From contig OY760175.1 of NCBI GenBank assembly GCA_963663165.1, positions 3,712,001 to 3,776,000 of the forward strand: a stretch of 64,000 nucleotides of DNA, in the 5' to 3' direction. The translations under genes and the position numbers were made by a program. The stretch is from an uncultured Desulfospira sp. (lineage in GTDB: Bacteria; Desulfobacterota; Desulfobacteria; Desulfobacterales; Desulfobacteraceae). This document shows, piece after piece, positions 1 through 11,737 of the stretch. The number at the start of each line of letters is the position of its first letter. The first letter of the stretch is position 1. Under the pieces are notes generated by a model. That model was not told where the DNA came from. It did not search any database and was given only the letters and a program-made list of their open reading frames with translations.

Positions 1-1
1 C

Positions 2-3000
2 ATCCGGGATGATACCCCCATCACCAACAGCGGGGCCACCGAGCTTTCCTCCATGAACCTGACCGAGCCCTTTGCCTCAACTGCTGCGGGCAGTGCCACC
101 ATGATTGTGGGAGACGATACGGTCACCATCCAGGGCTCTTTTTCAGGCCTTGGCGCTTCGCTTCTTTCAAGCTTTGACGCCATCGGCCTTTACCGGGGAC
201 GAAACGGCGAAGACGGAGAACTGGTCCAGACCCTGGATGTAAAAACCACAAACGCCCTTTCCGGAACCTTTTCGGCAAGCTATGCCAGAACCACGGAAAC
301 CCTTGATGCTCTGGCCGCAGGACTCTATTACATCCAGATCAATACAGCTGATCTGCCGACAGGTGCCTTAAGAGGCCAGCTTTACAACACTGAAACCAGC
401 AATGCGCCGGAATCCATCACTTTTACAAACACGGATTCAGGAGATACAGTCAGCGTGCGGAATGTGTCTGCCCTCCTGATTGTTGAATGGACCACAGCGG
501 AAGATAAAGAAAAATCCCCGGTCACTTATACGTATCAGCTTTCCACATCGGCTGACTTCAGCGAGGGGAGTCTGCTGGTCAACGCCTATGTGGGAACAAA
601 CAACTATTACCAGGGAATGACCGAAGCCCAATGGCTGGCTCTTCTGGATGGAAGCAGCGAAAAAGTGCTTTACCAGAGAATCATTGCCAGTGACGGACAG
701 ACCATTGTTATCGGCCAGGCTCAGGAAATCAAATTGACGGAGAACTCAAATCCCGTTGAAGGTGAGGTCACGGTAGAAGCGCCCAACTTCCAATACCAGG
801 GGATCTTTGCCACCCTGGGTACCGGGTTCACCGTGTATGACATTGCCATTGACGAAACCACCGGCCGTATCTGGGCCAACAACTATTACCATGGTCCTTA
901 CTGTTTTAATACGGATGGAACCATTCACAAATTCTCTGATTCCGGCATCGGATACGGAACCGATGCCAACGGCAACGATTTCATCAACGCCATAGACTTT
1001 AACGGCAATACCTTTTCCGACGGATATTGCTATGGTGTGGAGTATGACCCGGACGGATATATTCTCGTGGTAACAGACGGCAACCTGTTCAAGCTGGATG
1101 CCTATACCGGCAAGCCGGTTGCCTTCTGGGATTCTCCCACCAGCATAGGCTCCAACCCGTCCATGGCCGATGACAAATCGGTTTTCATGAGTAATGTTTA
1201 CCCGGGCAATGCCGCCTATATTGTTAAACCCAGCAGCACTGTGCAGGGAGAATACGACATTGTTACGGATTTTGGAACAAGCCTTGCTGTATCCGGCAGT
1301 GTAACCAGAACCTCAGCATACTCTCCTGAAGGCGACCGCATTTATCTTGTTCCCACCTCATCCTCCCCTTATGTTTCCGTGTATGCCAGGGTCGACGGCG
1401 AGTGGGTCAGACAGGACAACTTTGAAATGCCCGCATCCACAGGTTCCGACGCCGTGTATGCCGGTGAAAACCAGACCATGTGGGTGATCAACGAAAAAAG
1501 CACCAACCCGCCCAATCTAATATATGTGGATTTTACCAATCAGGAAACCTGGAATCTCTATCTTGAAGATATAGAAGAATCCGATATCCGGGCCATGACT
1601 GTAAGCCGTGACGGTAAAACCGTTTATGTCGGCGGCAGCACGGCCATTTATAAATACCAGGTGGTCGAAGAAGGCACTCAAGAAGATCCAAGCCTGATTT
1701 CCCTGAGCCAGGCCACTGCCCTGGATGATGATGATTCTGCACAGCTTCTGGGCGAAACCGTCAGGGTTCAGGCTGTGGTCACCACATCCAACCTGGCGGC
1801 AGACGGCCTGGAATTCTACGGCGAAGATGCCGGCGACCAGGTAAAATTCTTTGCGGGCACTGTAGTTGACGGGTATACCCCCAAAGCCGGAGACCTTGTT
1901 GAGGTCAAGGGACAGGTCCTTGAAACCCTGGGACAGGTGTACATCCAGCCCGAAAGCATTGAGCTGGTATCCCAAGACCAGCCCCTTGCCCGTCGCCCCC
2001 TGGTGACTGAAATCGGGGAGGATCAGGAGTCCCAGGTGGTTATTATCCCGGGGATTTCTTTGACCGATGCGGATCAGTGGACCAACGATGGATTCTTTGG
2101 TTTTGAGGTGACTGCGGCCAAAGAAGACGGATATTCCTTTAACCTGTTCATTTCCAAAGGCACGGATATTTTTGGAAACGAAGCCCCTGAAGGAACGTTT
2201 ACCGTAACCGGCGTGGTTCAGCAAAAAGGAGATGAGTACATTGTAACCCCTCTGTCCACCATGGATATCGGGCTCGAAGGCCAGGTGAGTACCGCCATGA
2301 TGACCAAATACCTGCCCGCCACCAGCAACCGGGTCACCTTCAGGGCCACTGCCGCCAGATCCCTTGGCCGGGTGAAAACCAGTGCCTATTCCTGGTACCG
2401 AAACGGTTTTCAGGTGGATTCCGACAATGACTGGGAAACGGTAACCGGACGGTTCTATGCCTGCCGGAACCTGAATTACGGCGACGTGCTGGTTGCTCAT
2501 GTAACCACCGCGGACTCTGTTTACCCATACGCATCCATTCCTTTTGCGCTTGGCATGGCTCCGGAACTTTCGGCAGATATAACGGACAACGCCCCTGGCG
2601 AAACCATCACCATCACCTTTGATGAAAACCAGAAATGGGCAGCTGCCATTGAAAAGATCGTCCTGGTTTCAGGAGATCAGGAAATCCTCATCTCCCAGAT
2701 GGGCGGTGAAGGCGAACTCCAGGGCCAGGAAGCGGAAAATCTTGCCCAAAAAAGTGTTGAAGTTGATTCAGCGCAGTATACAGTAAACACCACCGGTATT
2801 GTATTCAGCGCTGAGACTTTTGACCAGGTCGGGACTTACACCGTAATGGTGTATGCGGACGGTTACCGCCTGAATACAGTGGATCAGGAGATCCTTACAG
2901 CCTCTCCAACTGTTGAAACCGACAATGAGGACAATGACCTGCTCAATGATATCGTCATTACCTTTGAGCCGGATGAGGACTGGGCAGCAGCCGTGACCGG

Positions 3001-5377
3001 GGTATTCATCAATGGAACCGCCCTTGAAGCCGGTGACTACACCATAGAAAACGGGCAGCTGATCATCTATGCCGGTGTTTTCCCAGGCGCAGGAACCCTG
3101 ACGGTAACAGTTGAGGCTGACGGCTACACCGACAGGACCTTTGAACAGACCATTGTTCTGTCTACGCCGCCTGCCCTGACCGCTGACACCACCGATAATG
3201 TGGTGGGCCAGGCCATTGAAATTGAATTTGAGGCCAATGCCATCTGGCAGGGCTATATCACTGAAGTCCTGGTGAACGAATCGCCCCTGTCTTCAGATGA
3301 CTATACCATCGACAACGGTGTTCTCACCCTTGTCCCAGGCGTGCTGGGCCAGGTCCGGGAGTACGTCATCACCGTATCGGCGGACAACTTTGACGACACC
3401 GAAGTGGCCCAGCCGGTACTGGCCGCTACCGTGCCTGAGCTGATCCCAGCAGAAGATGTCTCCATCTTTGATGATGTGGTTATTACCTTTGAGGATAATG
3501 CGGCCTGGCGGTCGACTGTCCTCTCCGTAATCGTGGACGGGGAAGCACTGGATTCCAGCGCATGGACCCTTAACCAGGGAAATCTTGTCATTGCAGCCGG
3601 AACGTTTTCAGAAGCTGGCGATTATGAGATTCAGGTAACCGCTGGTGTTGCCTACCAAGTGGCTACGGTCACCCAGACCATTAACGCCCCTGAATATACC
3701 GTTTCCGGAACCGTGACCATGGATGGTTCAGCTCTGGCTTCCGTGGATATTATCCTGGACCAGCTGCTGGAGATGGATTTTGAAGGGAATCTTAACGATA
3801 CCAGCGGCAACGGCAATGAGGCAAATTCAGCCAATGTCCCGGTATATGATGACGATGCAGACCAGGGCCAGATTCTGGATTTTGACGGGTCTTCGGATCT
3901 GGTGAACCTGCCTGACTTTGTCCTTGAAGGAGACTACAGCATCAGCCTCTGGCTCAACCCGGATGTTATTGAAGGGACACAGGGCACAGGGTCTTACAGC
4001 CGCTCTTTCATGGCCTATTATGAGGACAGTGACAATGCCTTCAGGTTTACCATTGAGAACGGATATATCATCGCCTCCATCATCTCAGGCGGCGAAGAGG
4101 TCGGCGTGGGAACCCCTTCGGGCTCGCTTACAGCAGACCAGTGGGTCCATGTCACCATTGTTGTCAAAAAAGGAAAACAGGCGCGGGTTTACCTTGGCGG
4201 CCAAGATCAGACCGATTCTTCCTACGCCTGGAGCCGGGGCACGGATGCAGGGCTTACCCTGGGAGCCAGAAACAGTGGAGGCGGCCATTTCGACGGCCAG
4301 ATGGACAGCCTGATGATCTGGAACCGGGCCCTGACGGCAGAGGAGGTTTCTGATCTTGCCTCTACCGGAAAAGGCCCCAGGGTGGTAACTGGTACCGATG
4401 GGACCTACACCGCCCAGGTCTACTACGGCAAGGACCTGATCCTGAAACCTGAGTTCTCAGGTGTTACGTTTACGCCTGAAATGGCAGGTTTCACCAATAT
4501 CCAGGCCGATATCACCCAGAATTTTACCGGTGAGGGAGAAGTTTCCCTGGCCGTCCCCAACCCAATTGCCAACATGTCGGTGGACACCTCATCCGATCTG
4601 GTGATTGATCTTTCCGCCATGATGGCAGATCCTTCAGATCCACAAGCCCAGGTGTCATACACCCTGGTTTCCAACAGTGATTCTGATTTCATAAATGCCG
4701 TTATTTCCGGTACTGAACTGACACTGTCCTTTAAAGAAGTGTACGGAAAGGCATCCATTGAAATCAAGGGCACGGCCAACGGGAAAGAAGGGTCTGACAG
4801 TTTTATTGTAGAGCTCAATCCCTATTGTGAAGCTGGGGGCGGAGGCGACTGGGAGTATATCTTTGAGGTGAACCTGATCGGCTCTGACGATACCGACCTG
4901 ATGACCAATGAATCCGGCCAGACTCAGTACAGCAATTACCGTTACAGTTCAATCACCCAGGTAACTGCCGGAGAAACCATTACCCTGCGTGTTTCCAGCA
5001 AAGACTGGTCTAGCGACGAGGTTTTGGCCTGGATCGACTGGAACCAGGACGGAGACTTTGAGGATGACGGGGAGACCTACACAGTTGGTACAGGATGGGG
5101 AACCGAGACCCTTGGCACCTACCTGCACGCCTGGTCTTATGACATAACCGTACCCGAAACGGCCAAGACCGGTAAAACCATGCTCAGAATCCGCCACCAT
5201 GACGCCAGCGCAAGCGGTGCCAACACCACCCCCTGCGGCAGTTCAAGTTATGGGGAAGTGGAAGACTACGGTCTGGATATTCAGGCGGCTGCCGGCACGG
5301 ATGACACACAGGTTGAAGCGGCTTCTTCTGCCAGTACCACAAAAAGCCGCGCCAAGGCAGTAAAAAAGAAAAGATAA
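2..5377 (+). CDS. Large acidic multidomain surface/secreted protein, 5'-partial (CHRD, SusE-like/Ig, beta-propeller, OB-fold, 4x DUF1533-like, LamG, C-terminal GEVED)
   Basis: Frame is open from position 2 (IRDDTPITNSGATELSSMN...), so the true start lies outside the window. CHRD-like 'LAAGLYYIQINTADLPTGALRGQL'. Four repeats 'I(T/E)FExxxxWxxxI/V'. LamG 'YSISLWLNP...WVHVTIV...FDGQMDSLMIWNRALT'. GEVED 'WIDWNQDGDFED...GEVEDY'. Confidence 0.75.
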   Translation: MRDDTPITNSGATELSSMNLTEPFASTAAGSATMIVGDDTVTIQGSFSGLGASLLSSFDAIGLYRGRNGEDGELVQTLDVKTTNALSGTFSASYARTTETLDALAAGLYYIQINTADLPTGALRGQLYNTETSNAPESITFTNTDSGDTVSVRNVSALLIVEWTTAEDKEKSPVTYTYQLSTSADFSEGSLLVNAYVGTNNYYQGMTEAQWLALLDGSSEKVLYQRIIASDGQTIVIGQAQEIKLTENSNPVEGEVTVEAPNFQYQGIFATLGTGFTVYDIAIDETTGRIWANNYYHGPYCFNTDGTIHKFSDSGIGYGTDANGNDFINAIDFNGNTFSDGYCYGVEYDPDGYILVVTDGNLFKLDAYTGKPVAFWDSPTSIGSNPSMADDKSVFMSNVYPGNAAYIVKPSSTVQGEYDIVTDFGTSLAVSGSVTRTSAYSPEGDRIYLVPTSSSPYVSVYARVDGEWVRQDNFEMPASTGSDAVYAGENQTMWVINEKSTNPPNLIYVDFTNQETWNLYLEDIEESDIRAMTVSRDGKTVYVGGSTAIYKYQVVEEGTQEDPSLISLSQATALDDDDSAQLLGETVRVQAVVTTSNLAADGLEFYGEDAGDQVKFFAGTVVDGYTPKAGDLVEVKGQVLETLGQVYIQPESIELVSQDQPLARRPLVTEIGEDQESQVVIIPGISLTDADQWTNDGFFGFEVTAAKEDGYSFNLFISKGTDIFGNEAPEGTFTVTGVVQQKGDEYIVTPLSTMDIGLEGQVSTAMMTKYLPATSNRVTFRATAARSLGRVKTSAYSWYRNGFQVDSDNDWETVTGRFYACRNLNYGDVLVAHVTTADSVYPYASIPFALGMAPELSADITDNAPGETITITFDENQKWAAAIEKIVLVSGDQEILISQMGGEGELQGQEAENLAQKSVEVDSAQYTVNTTGIVFSAETFDQVGTYTVMVYADGYRLNTVDQEILTASPTVETDNEDNDLLNDIVITFEPDEDWAAAVTGVFINGTALEAGDYTIENGQLIIYAGVFPGAGTLTVTVEADGYTDRTFEQTIVLSTPPALTADTTDNVVGQAIEIEFEANAIWQGYITEVLVNESPLSSDDYTIDNGVLTLVPGVLGQVREYVITVSADNFDDTEVAQPVLAATVPELIPAEDVSIFDDVVITFEDNAAWRSTVLSVIVDGEALDSSAWTLNQGNLVIAAGTFSEAGDYEIQVTAGVAYQVATVTQTINAPEYTVSGTVTMDGSALASVDIILDQLLEMDFEGNLNDTSGNGNEANSANVPVYDDDADQGQILDFDGSSDLVNLPDFVLEGDYSISLWLNPDVIEGTQGTGSYSRSFMAYYEDSDNAFRFTIENGYIIASIISGGEEVGVGTPSGSLTADQWVHVTIVVKKGKQARVYLGGQDQTDSSYAWSRGTDAGLTLGARNSGGGHFDGQMDSLMIWNRALTAEEVSDLASTGKGPRVVTGTDGTYTAQVYYGKDLILKPEFSGVTFTPEMAGFTNIQADITQNFTGEGEVSLAVPNPIANMSVDTSSDLVIDLSAMMADPSDPQAQVSYTLVSNSDSDFINAVISGTELTLSFKEVYGKASIEIKGTANGKEGSDSFIVELNPYCEAGGGGDWEYIFEVNLIGSDDTDLMTNESGQTQYSNYRYSSITQVTAGETITLRVSSKDWSSDEVLAWIDWNQDGDFEDDGETYTVGTGWGTETLGTYLHAWSYDITVPETAKTGKTMLRIRHHDASASGANTTPCGSSSYGEVEDYGLDIQAAAGTDDTQVEAASSASTTKSRAKAVKKKR

Positions 5378-5431
5378 GGACTGGATATCCAGCCTTTGAA
5401 TATCCTCTAAATTTATAACCTTTAAACAGCC

Positions 5432-5469
5432 CCCACCCTGCCATCGGGCTATCCCGGTGGCAGGGTGGG
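5432..5469. terminator. GC-rich hairpin downstream of the surface protein gene
   Basis: cccaccctgcca...tggcagggtggg inverted repeat. Confidence 0.5.
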
Positions 5470-5528
5470 CACAAAAAACAATTTTCCGGGGCAGGGGGCT
5501 TCCTGCCGGAAGCGTCTCCCCAAAAGAC

Positions 5529-5565
5529 AAAAAGCCCTGACCAAAATAATTTGATCAGGGCTTTT
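5529..5565 (-). terminator. Rho-independent terminator of the rrn operon (probably bidirectional)
   Basis: aaaagccctga-N-tcagggctttt, 10 nt beyond the 5S 3' end. Confidence 0.75.
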
Positions 5566-5574
5566 AGAAAAATA

Positions 5575-5691
5575 ACCCGGCAGCGTTCTACTCTCCCACA
5601 CAGTCTCCCATGCAGTACCATCGACGCTAAGGCGCTTAACTACCGTGTTCGAGATGGGTACGGGTGTGGCCGCCTCGCCATTGCCACCGGG
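5575..5691 (-). rRNA. rrf: 5S rRNA
   Basis: Reverse complement reads CCCGGTGGCAATGGCGAGGCG...GATGGTACTGCATGGGAGACTGTGTGGGAGAGTAGAACGCTGCCGGGT; 117 nt. Confidence 0.97.
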
Positions 5692-5791
5692 TTAAACCGG
5701 CCAGGACCTGAAACTTCTGATTAATGTACTGTTACCGCGTTCCCGGAATCCTGTAATTTGTTGTAGTAAATAATCAGCTATGTTGATTGGC

Positions 5792-5915
5792 ATGTCAAAG
5801 TAAATTTTAGTGAAATTCAAGGCGCAAGCGAAAGTTTTAAATAAGCTGTAGTGAACTACTGCGTTTTAAAACTTTTGTGCAGCAACGCTGAATTTCGCAA
5901 AATTTACGCCGACAT
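5792..5915. repeat. 124-bp imperfect palindromic element (family A) in the 23S-5S spacer
   Basis: atgtc...gacat ends with nested inverted repeats; its reverse complement aligns with 9487-9610. Confidence 0.75.
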
Positions 5916-6074
5916 CAAAGAATTTAAGTTTATCTGTGGAAAAAAGTGGCTAAGCCTCACGACCTATTAGTACCGGTAAGCTCAACATGTTACCATGCTT
6001 ACACACCCGGCCTATCAACCTTGTCGTCTTCAAGGGGTCTTCAGTCCGAAGATGGGATATCTTATCTTGAAGTT

Positions 6075-6107
<33 letters not shown>

Positions 6108-6296
6108 GTACCCAACTTGGCTACCCAGCAATGCCCCTGGCGGAACAACTGGAACACCATTGGTTGGTCCAATCCGGTCCTCTCGTACTAGGATCAGATC
6201 TCCTCAAATATCCTGCGCCCACGAAAGATAGGGACCAAACTGTCTCACGACGTTTTAAACCCAGCTCACGTACCACTTTAATTGGCGAACAGCCAA

Positions 6297-6354
<58 letters not shown>

Positions 6355-6385
6355 GCCCCGTCGATGTGAACTCTTGGGGGCGATA

Positions 6386-6424
<39 letters not shown>

Positions 6425-6863
6425 CGGCCCTTCCATTCAGAACCGCCGGATCACTAAGACCTACTTTCGTACCTGCTCGAAATGTCTCTCTCGCAGTCAA
6501 GCTCCCTTATGCCTTTGCACTCTATGGCTGGTTTCCAATCAGCCTGAGGGAACCTTCGCGCGCCTCCGTTACTCTTTGGGAGGCGACCGCCCCAGTCAAA
6601 CTACCCACCAGACACTGTCCCAAGTCCGGGTTACGGACCATGGTTAGAACACTGAAATATGAAGGGTGGTATTTCAAGGGTGACTCCACCTGTACTGGCG
6701 TACCGGTTTCCTAGTCTCCCACCTATCCTGCACATCATATCCCAAAATCCAATGTCAAGCTGTAGTAAAGGTGCCGGGGTCTTTCCGTCTTTTCGCGGGT
6801 AGACGGTATCTTCACCGCCATTCCAATTTCGCTGAGTCCCTGGTTGAGACAGTGTGGAAGTCG

Positions 6864-6945
<82 letters not shown>

Positions 6946-7658
6946 TGGGGCTTCGGTTCAGTGCTTCGCTTACGCTAACAAATCCCCTTAACCTTCCAGC
7001 ACCGGGCAGGCGTCAGACCCTATACCTCGTCTTGCGACTTTGCAGAGTCCTATGTTTTTAGTAAACAGTCGCTACCACCAATTCTCTGCGGCCCCCAACA
7101 GCTTATTGTGTATACAAATCACCATCAGGGGCATACCTTCTCCCGAAGTTACGGTATCATTTTGCCGAGTTCCTTAACCAGGGTTCTCTCAAGCGCCTCG
7201 GGATACTCTCCCTGCCTACCTGTGTCGGTTTGCGGTACGATCACCTGTTATCTCGATAGAGGCTTTTCTTGGCAGCATGGGTGCAGTCAGTTTATGGGGT
7301 AAACCCCTCCTCATCACTTCTCGGCCTTAGAGTTCCGGATTTGCCTAAAACTCCAGCCTACTAGCTTGAACCGCCTATTCCAGCAGACGGATGACCTGCC
7401 CTCCTGCGTCCCCCCGTCTCTCAAACGATAACAAGGTGGTACAGAAATATTAATCTGTTTTCCATCGACTACGCCTTTCGGCCTCGCCTTAGGGATCGAC
7501 TAACCCTGAGAAGATTAGCTTTACTCAGGAAACCTTGGGCTTACGGCGAGCGGGCCTCTCACCCGCTTTATCGCTACTCATGTCAGCATGGTCACTTGTG
7601 CAACCTCCACACAACCTCACGGTTGCGATTCTTCGGCGGCACAACGCTCTTCTACCAC

Positions 7659-8086
7659 CAAGAAACTAGATACTGGAAACAAGAAACAAGACCTTAACTG
7701 TATCGGTTGATTAAGCCTCGCAGCATTCTTCCGATCTCCTGATATCTTTGATCAAAAAAAGTTTGGTCTTGTTTGCTCAAATACTCAAGGTCTCTTGAAA
7801 ACTCCAGCCATACCCGGCTTTCGTCACATGATCCCATGGCTATTTGAACGAATCTTCTTACATCAGCTTTACTGGATTGCTTGCCCATCCCTTCTGCAAT
7901 ATTTGCCGGGATAGATTTGCTTGACTTCCTTAGTTGTTGAGCCAGTTCATACTGCTCATGCTGGGGAAATCTTAGACTTACTTTGTGCACTTCCAACGCT
8001 AACTGATAAGACTTTTTAAAAACTTCAAGTCTATGGTAAGGCATCATCGCCCTCCTTGTTTCTTGTCTCTAGTATCTAGTTTCTTG
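7659..8086 (-). mobile_element. 23S rRNA intervening sequence in helix 45 (428 bp), ORF-containing
   Basis: Replaces the short helix-45 tip between ...GCTGCGGAT and GTGGTAGAAGAGCGTTG. Bounded by 32-bp inverted repeats 7659-7690 / 8055-8086 (30/32 identical) built of 7-mers. Confidence 0.93.
7694..8047 (-). CDS. Four-helix-bundle protein (23S rRNA IVS protein family, PF05635/TIGR02436-like)
   Basis: 117 aa with 'YHRLEVFKKSYQL...FPQHEQYELAQQLRKSSKSIPANIAEG...FVQIAMGSCDE...YLS...EIGRMLRGLI'. AGGAGG SD upstream; same strand as the rRNA. Confidence 0.92.
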   Translation of the reverse strand: MMPYHRLEVFKKSYQLALEVHKVSLRFPQHEQYELAQQLRKSSKSIPANIAEGMGKQSSKADVRRFVQIAMGSCDESRVWLEFSRDLEYLSKQDQTFFDQRYQEIGRMLRGLINRYS

Positions 8087-8170
8087 ATCCGCAGCTTCGG
8101 TACTATGCTTTAGCCCCGATACATTTTCGGCGCAGATCCACTCGACCAGTGAGCTGTTACGCTTTCTTTA

Positions 8171-8201
<31 letters not shown>

Positions 8202-8245
8202 TTGTCTGGGCATTCCCACATCCTTCTCCACTTAGCATAGATTTG

Positions 8246-8278
<33 letters not shown>

Positions 8279-8698
8279 CTCGTCCGCGGAACTTAGCTCC
8301 CGCGGGCTGACTCCTGCACTCTAACTTATCGGTATTCGGAGTTTGGTTAGGTTTGGTAATCTGGTGAGACCCCTAGCCCATCCAGTGCTCTACCTCCGAC
8401 AAGAAACGTGCAAGGCTATACCTAAATATATTTCGAAGAGAACCAGCTATCTCCAGGTTTGTTTGGCCTTTCACCCCTATCCACACCTCATCCGAACAGT
8501 TTTTAACCTGTGACGGTTCGGGCCTCCACGAGATTTTACTCCCGCTTCACCCTGGACATGGATAGATCACCTGGTTTCGGGTCTACTCAATACAACTTTC
8601 GCCCTGTTCAGACTCGCTTTCGCTTCGGCTACACCTATCGGCTTAACCTTGCTATATTAAGTAACTCGCTGACTCATTATGCAAAAGGCACGCGGTAA

Positions 8699-8835
8699 CC
8701 AAGAGACTAGAAACAAGAAACTGGAAACAAGATTTCGAACACTCGGTAACTTCCGGTGCCTGTTCAGCCCATTTAAATTGGGCGCCGAAGGCGCTTCGCC
8801 CTCTTGTATCTTGTTTCTTGACTCTAATCTCTTGG
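8699..8835 (-). mobile_element. 23S rRNA intervening sequence in helix 25 (137 bp), ORF-less
   Basis: Inserted between ACAAGCTGTGGGAG and TTACCGCGTGCCTTTTG. 34-bp inverted repeats (28/34) of the same AGAAAC(A/T)-type heptamers, with small internal hairpins. Confidence 0.9.
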
Positions 8836-8866
8836 CTCCCACAGCTTGTAAGCAAACGGTTTCAGG

Positions 8867-8918
<52 letters not shown>

Positions 8919-9486
8919 GGTTCGCTATCGGTTGCCAAGTCGTATTTAGCCTTATGTGATGGTCCACACTAATTCCCACAGAATTCCTCGTGTTCCGCAG
9001 TACTTGGGAGTACAATCAGGAGATCGATTATTTTCGCTTACAGGACTGTCACCTTCTTTGGTTAAGCTTTCCAGCTCATTCAACTAATAATCAATTTTTT
9101 TACTCCTGGAATCATCCGAAACTGATTCGCATGCATCCCGCGACCCCGATAACGCAACGCTTTCGGGCTTACACGTTACCGGTTTGGGCTGGTCCCCGTT
9201 CGCTCGCCGCTACTTGGAGAATCGTTTTTACTTTCTGTTCCTGGGGGTACTAAGATGTTTCAGTTCTCCCCGTTACCCTCCTTAACCTATGGATTCAGTC
9301 AAGGATGACACAGTATTGACCGTGTCGGGTTGCCCCATTCAGAAATCTCCGGATCAATGGGTGTTTAGCCCCTCCCCGAAGCTTATCGCAGCTTTCCACG
9401 TCTTTCTTCTTCACTTGGCACCAAGGCATCCGCCGTTTGCTCTTAGTAGCTTAGCCACTATTCCACAAATAAACTTAAACGCTTTG

Positions 9487-9610
9487 ATGTTTTTGAAAAA
9501 ATTGCGATCTTCGGCGTTGCTTCACAAAATTTTTAAAACGACATAGCCTACTATGCCTTATTTAAAAATTTTGTTCGCGCCTTGAAGCTCATCAATTTTT
9601 TCTTCAACAT
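9487..9610. repeat. 124-bp palindromic element (family A) in the 16S-23S ITS
   Basis: atgtt...aacat ends; conserved GCGTTGC...GCGCCTTG motifs; no tRNA found in this ITS. Confidence 0.75.
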
Positions 9611-9660
9611 AGCTCGCAAAAGTCTGATCAACATCAAACTCTCACGATTTATGATTAATT

Positions 9661-9718
9661 CAGTTGCCTTTACGGCAACTGCGCAATTGATATTTACTAC
9701 AACAAATTTTCAAAGAAC
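9661..9718 (-). promoter_or_regulatory. ITS antitermination boxA-like site plus small hairpin
   Basis: Minus strand GTTCTTTGAAAA (a similar GATCTTTGAAAA lies in the leader at 11450-11461); hairpin cagttgcc-ttac-ggcaactg. Confidence 0.55.
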
Positions 9719-9806
9719 ATGACAGATCCGGCTACTCTTGTTCACCGTTTTGATCTCTCAAAATTGGCCAGTGATAGCCTTAAAGCTTTTTTTATCTTTC
9801 CTTTGA

Positions 9807-11364
<1,558 letters not shown>

Positions 11365-11516
11365 ATAATCCTTTTTCCTAAAAACTCTTGGTCTTGACTT
11401 GCTAATTAAAACAAATCAACTTGACCCGCTTCAAAACTTCACTGACCAATTTTCAAAGATCAAATGTCTTTGGAGGAAAAATTTCTTGTTTACTGCTGCC
11501 CCCGAAAGACCGGCGT

Positions 11517-11545
11517 AATATGCATGAAAACAAAACGCATGTCAA
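11517..11545 (-). promoter_or_regulatory. sigma70-type rrn promoter
   Basis: TTGACA-17 bp-CATATT on the minus strand, followed by a GC-rich discriminator; AT-rich UP region upstream. Confidence 0.7.
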
Positions 11546-11737
11546 ACAATTTTTTAACAATTCTTGAGAATTTTTTTATCTCTTTAATTTTATTGGCATT
11601 AATTTTTAATATAGTTGAGGCCATTTCAAATAAACAGTTAACATTCATAAAAATGAAAATTTTTAATGCCGGCAATTGTGGTATGTATTTAAATATTTTT
11701 TTCTGGTTCAAGTTAATTTTTTTTAGGATAAACATTT

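Noticed and set aside
7659..8086. Group I/II intron or homing endonuclease interpretation
   Set aside because: No intron core motifs and no LAGLIDADG/HNH/RT motifs; a simple terminal stem at a classic IVS site
9457..9806. tRNA-Ile/Ala in the ITS
   Set aside because: No cloverleaf, T-loop or CCA recognisable on the minus strand
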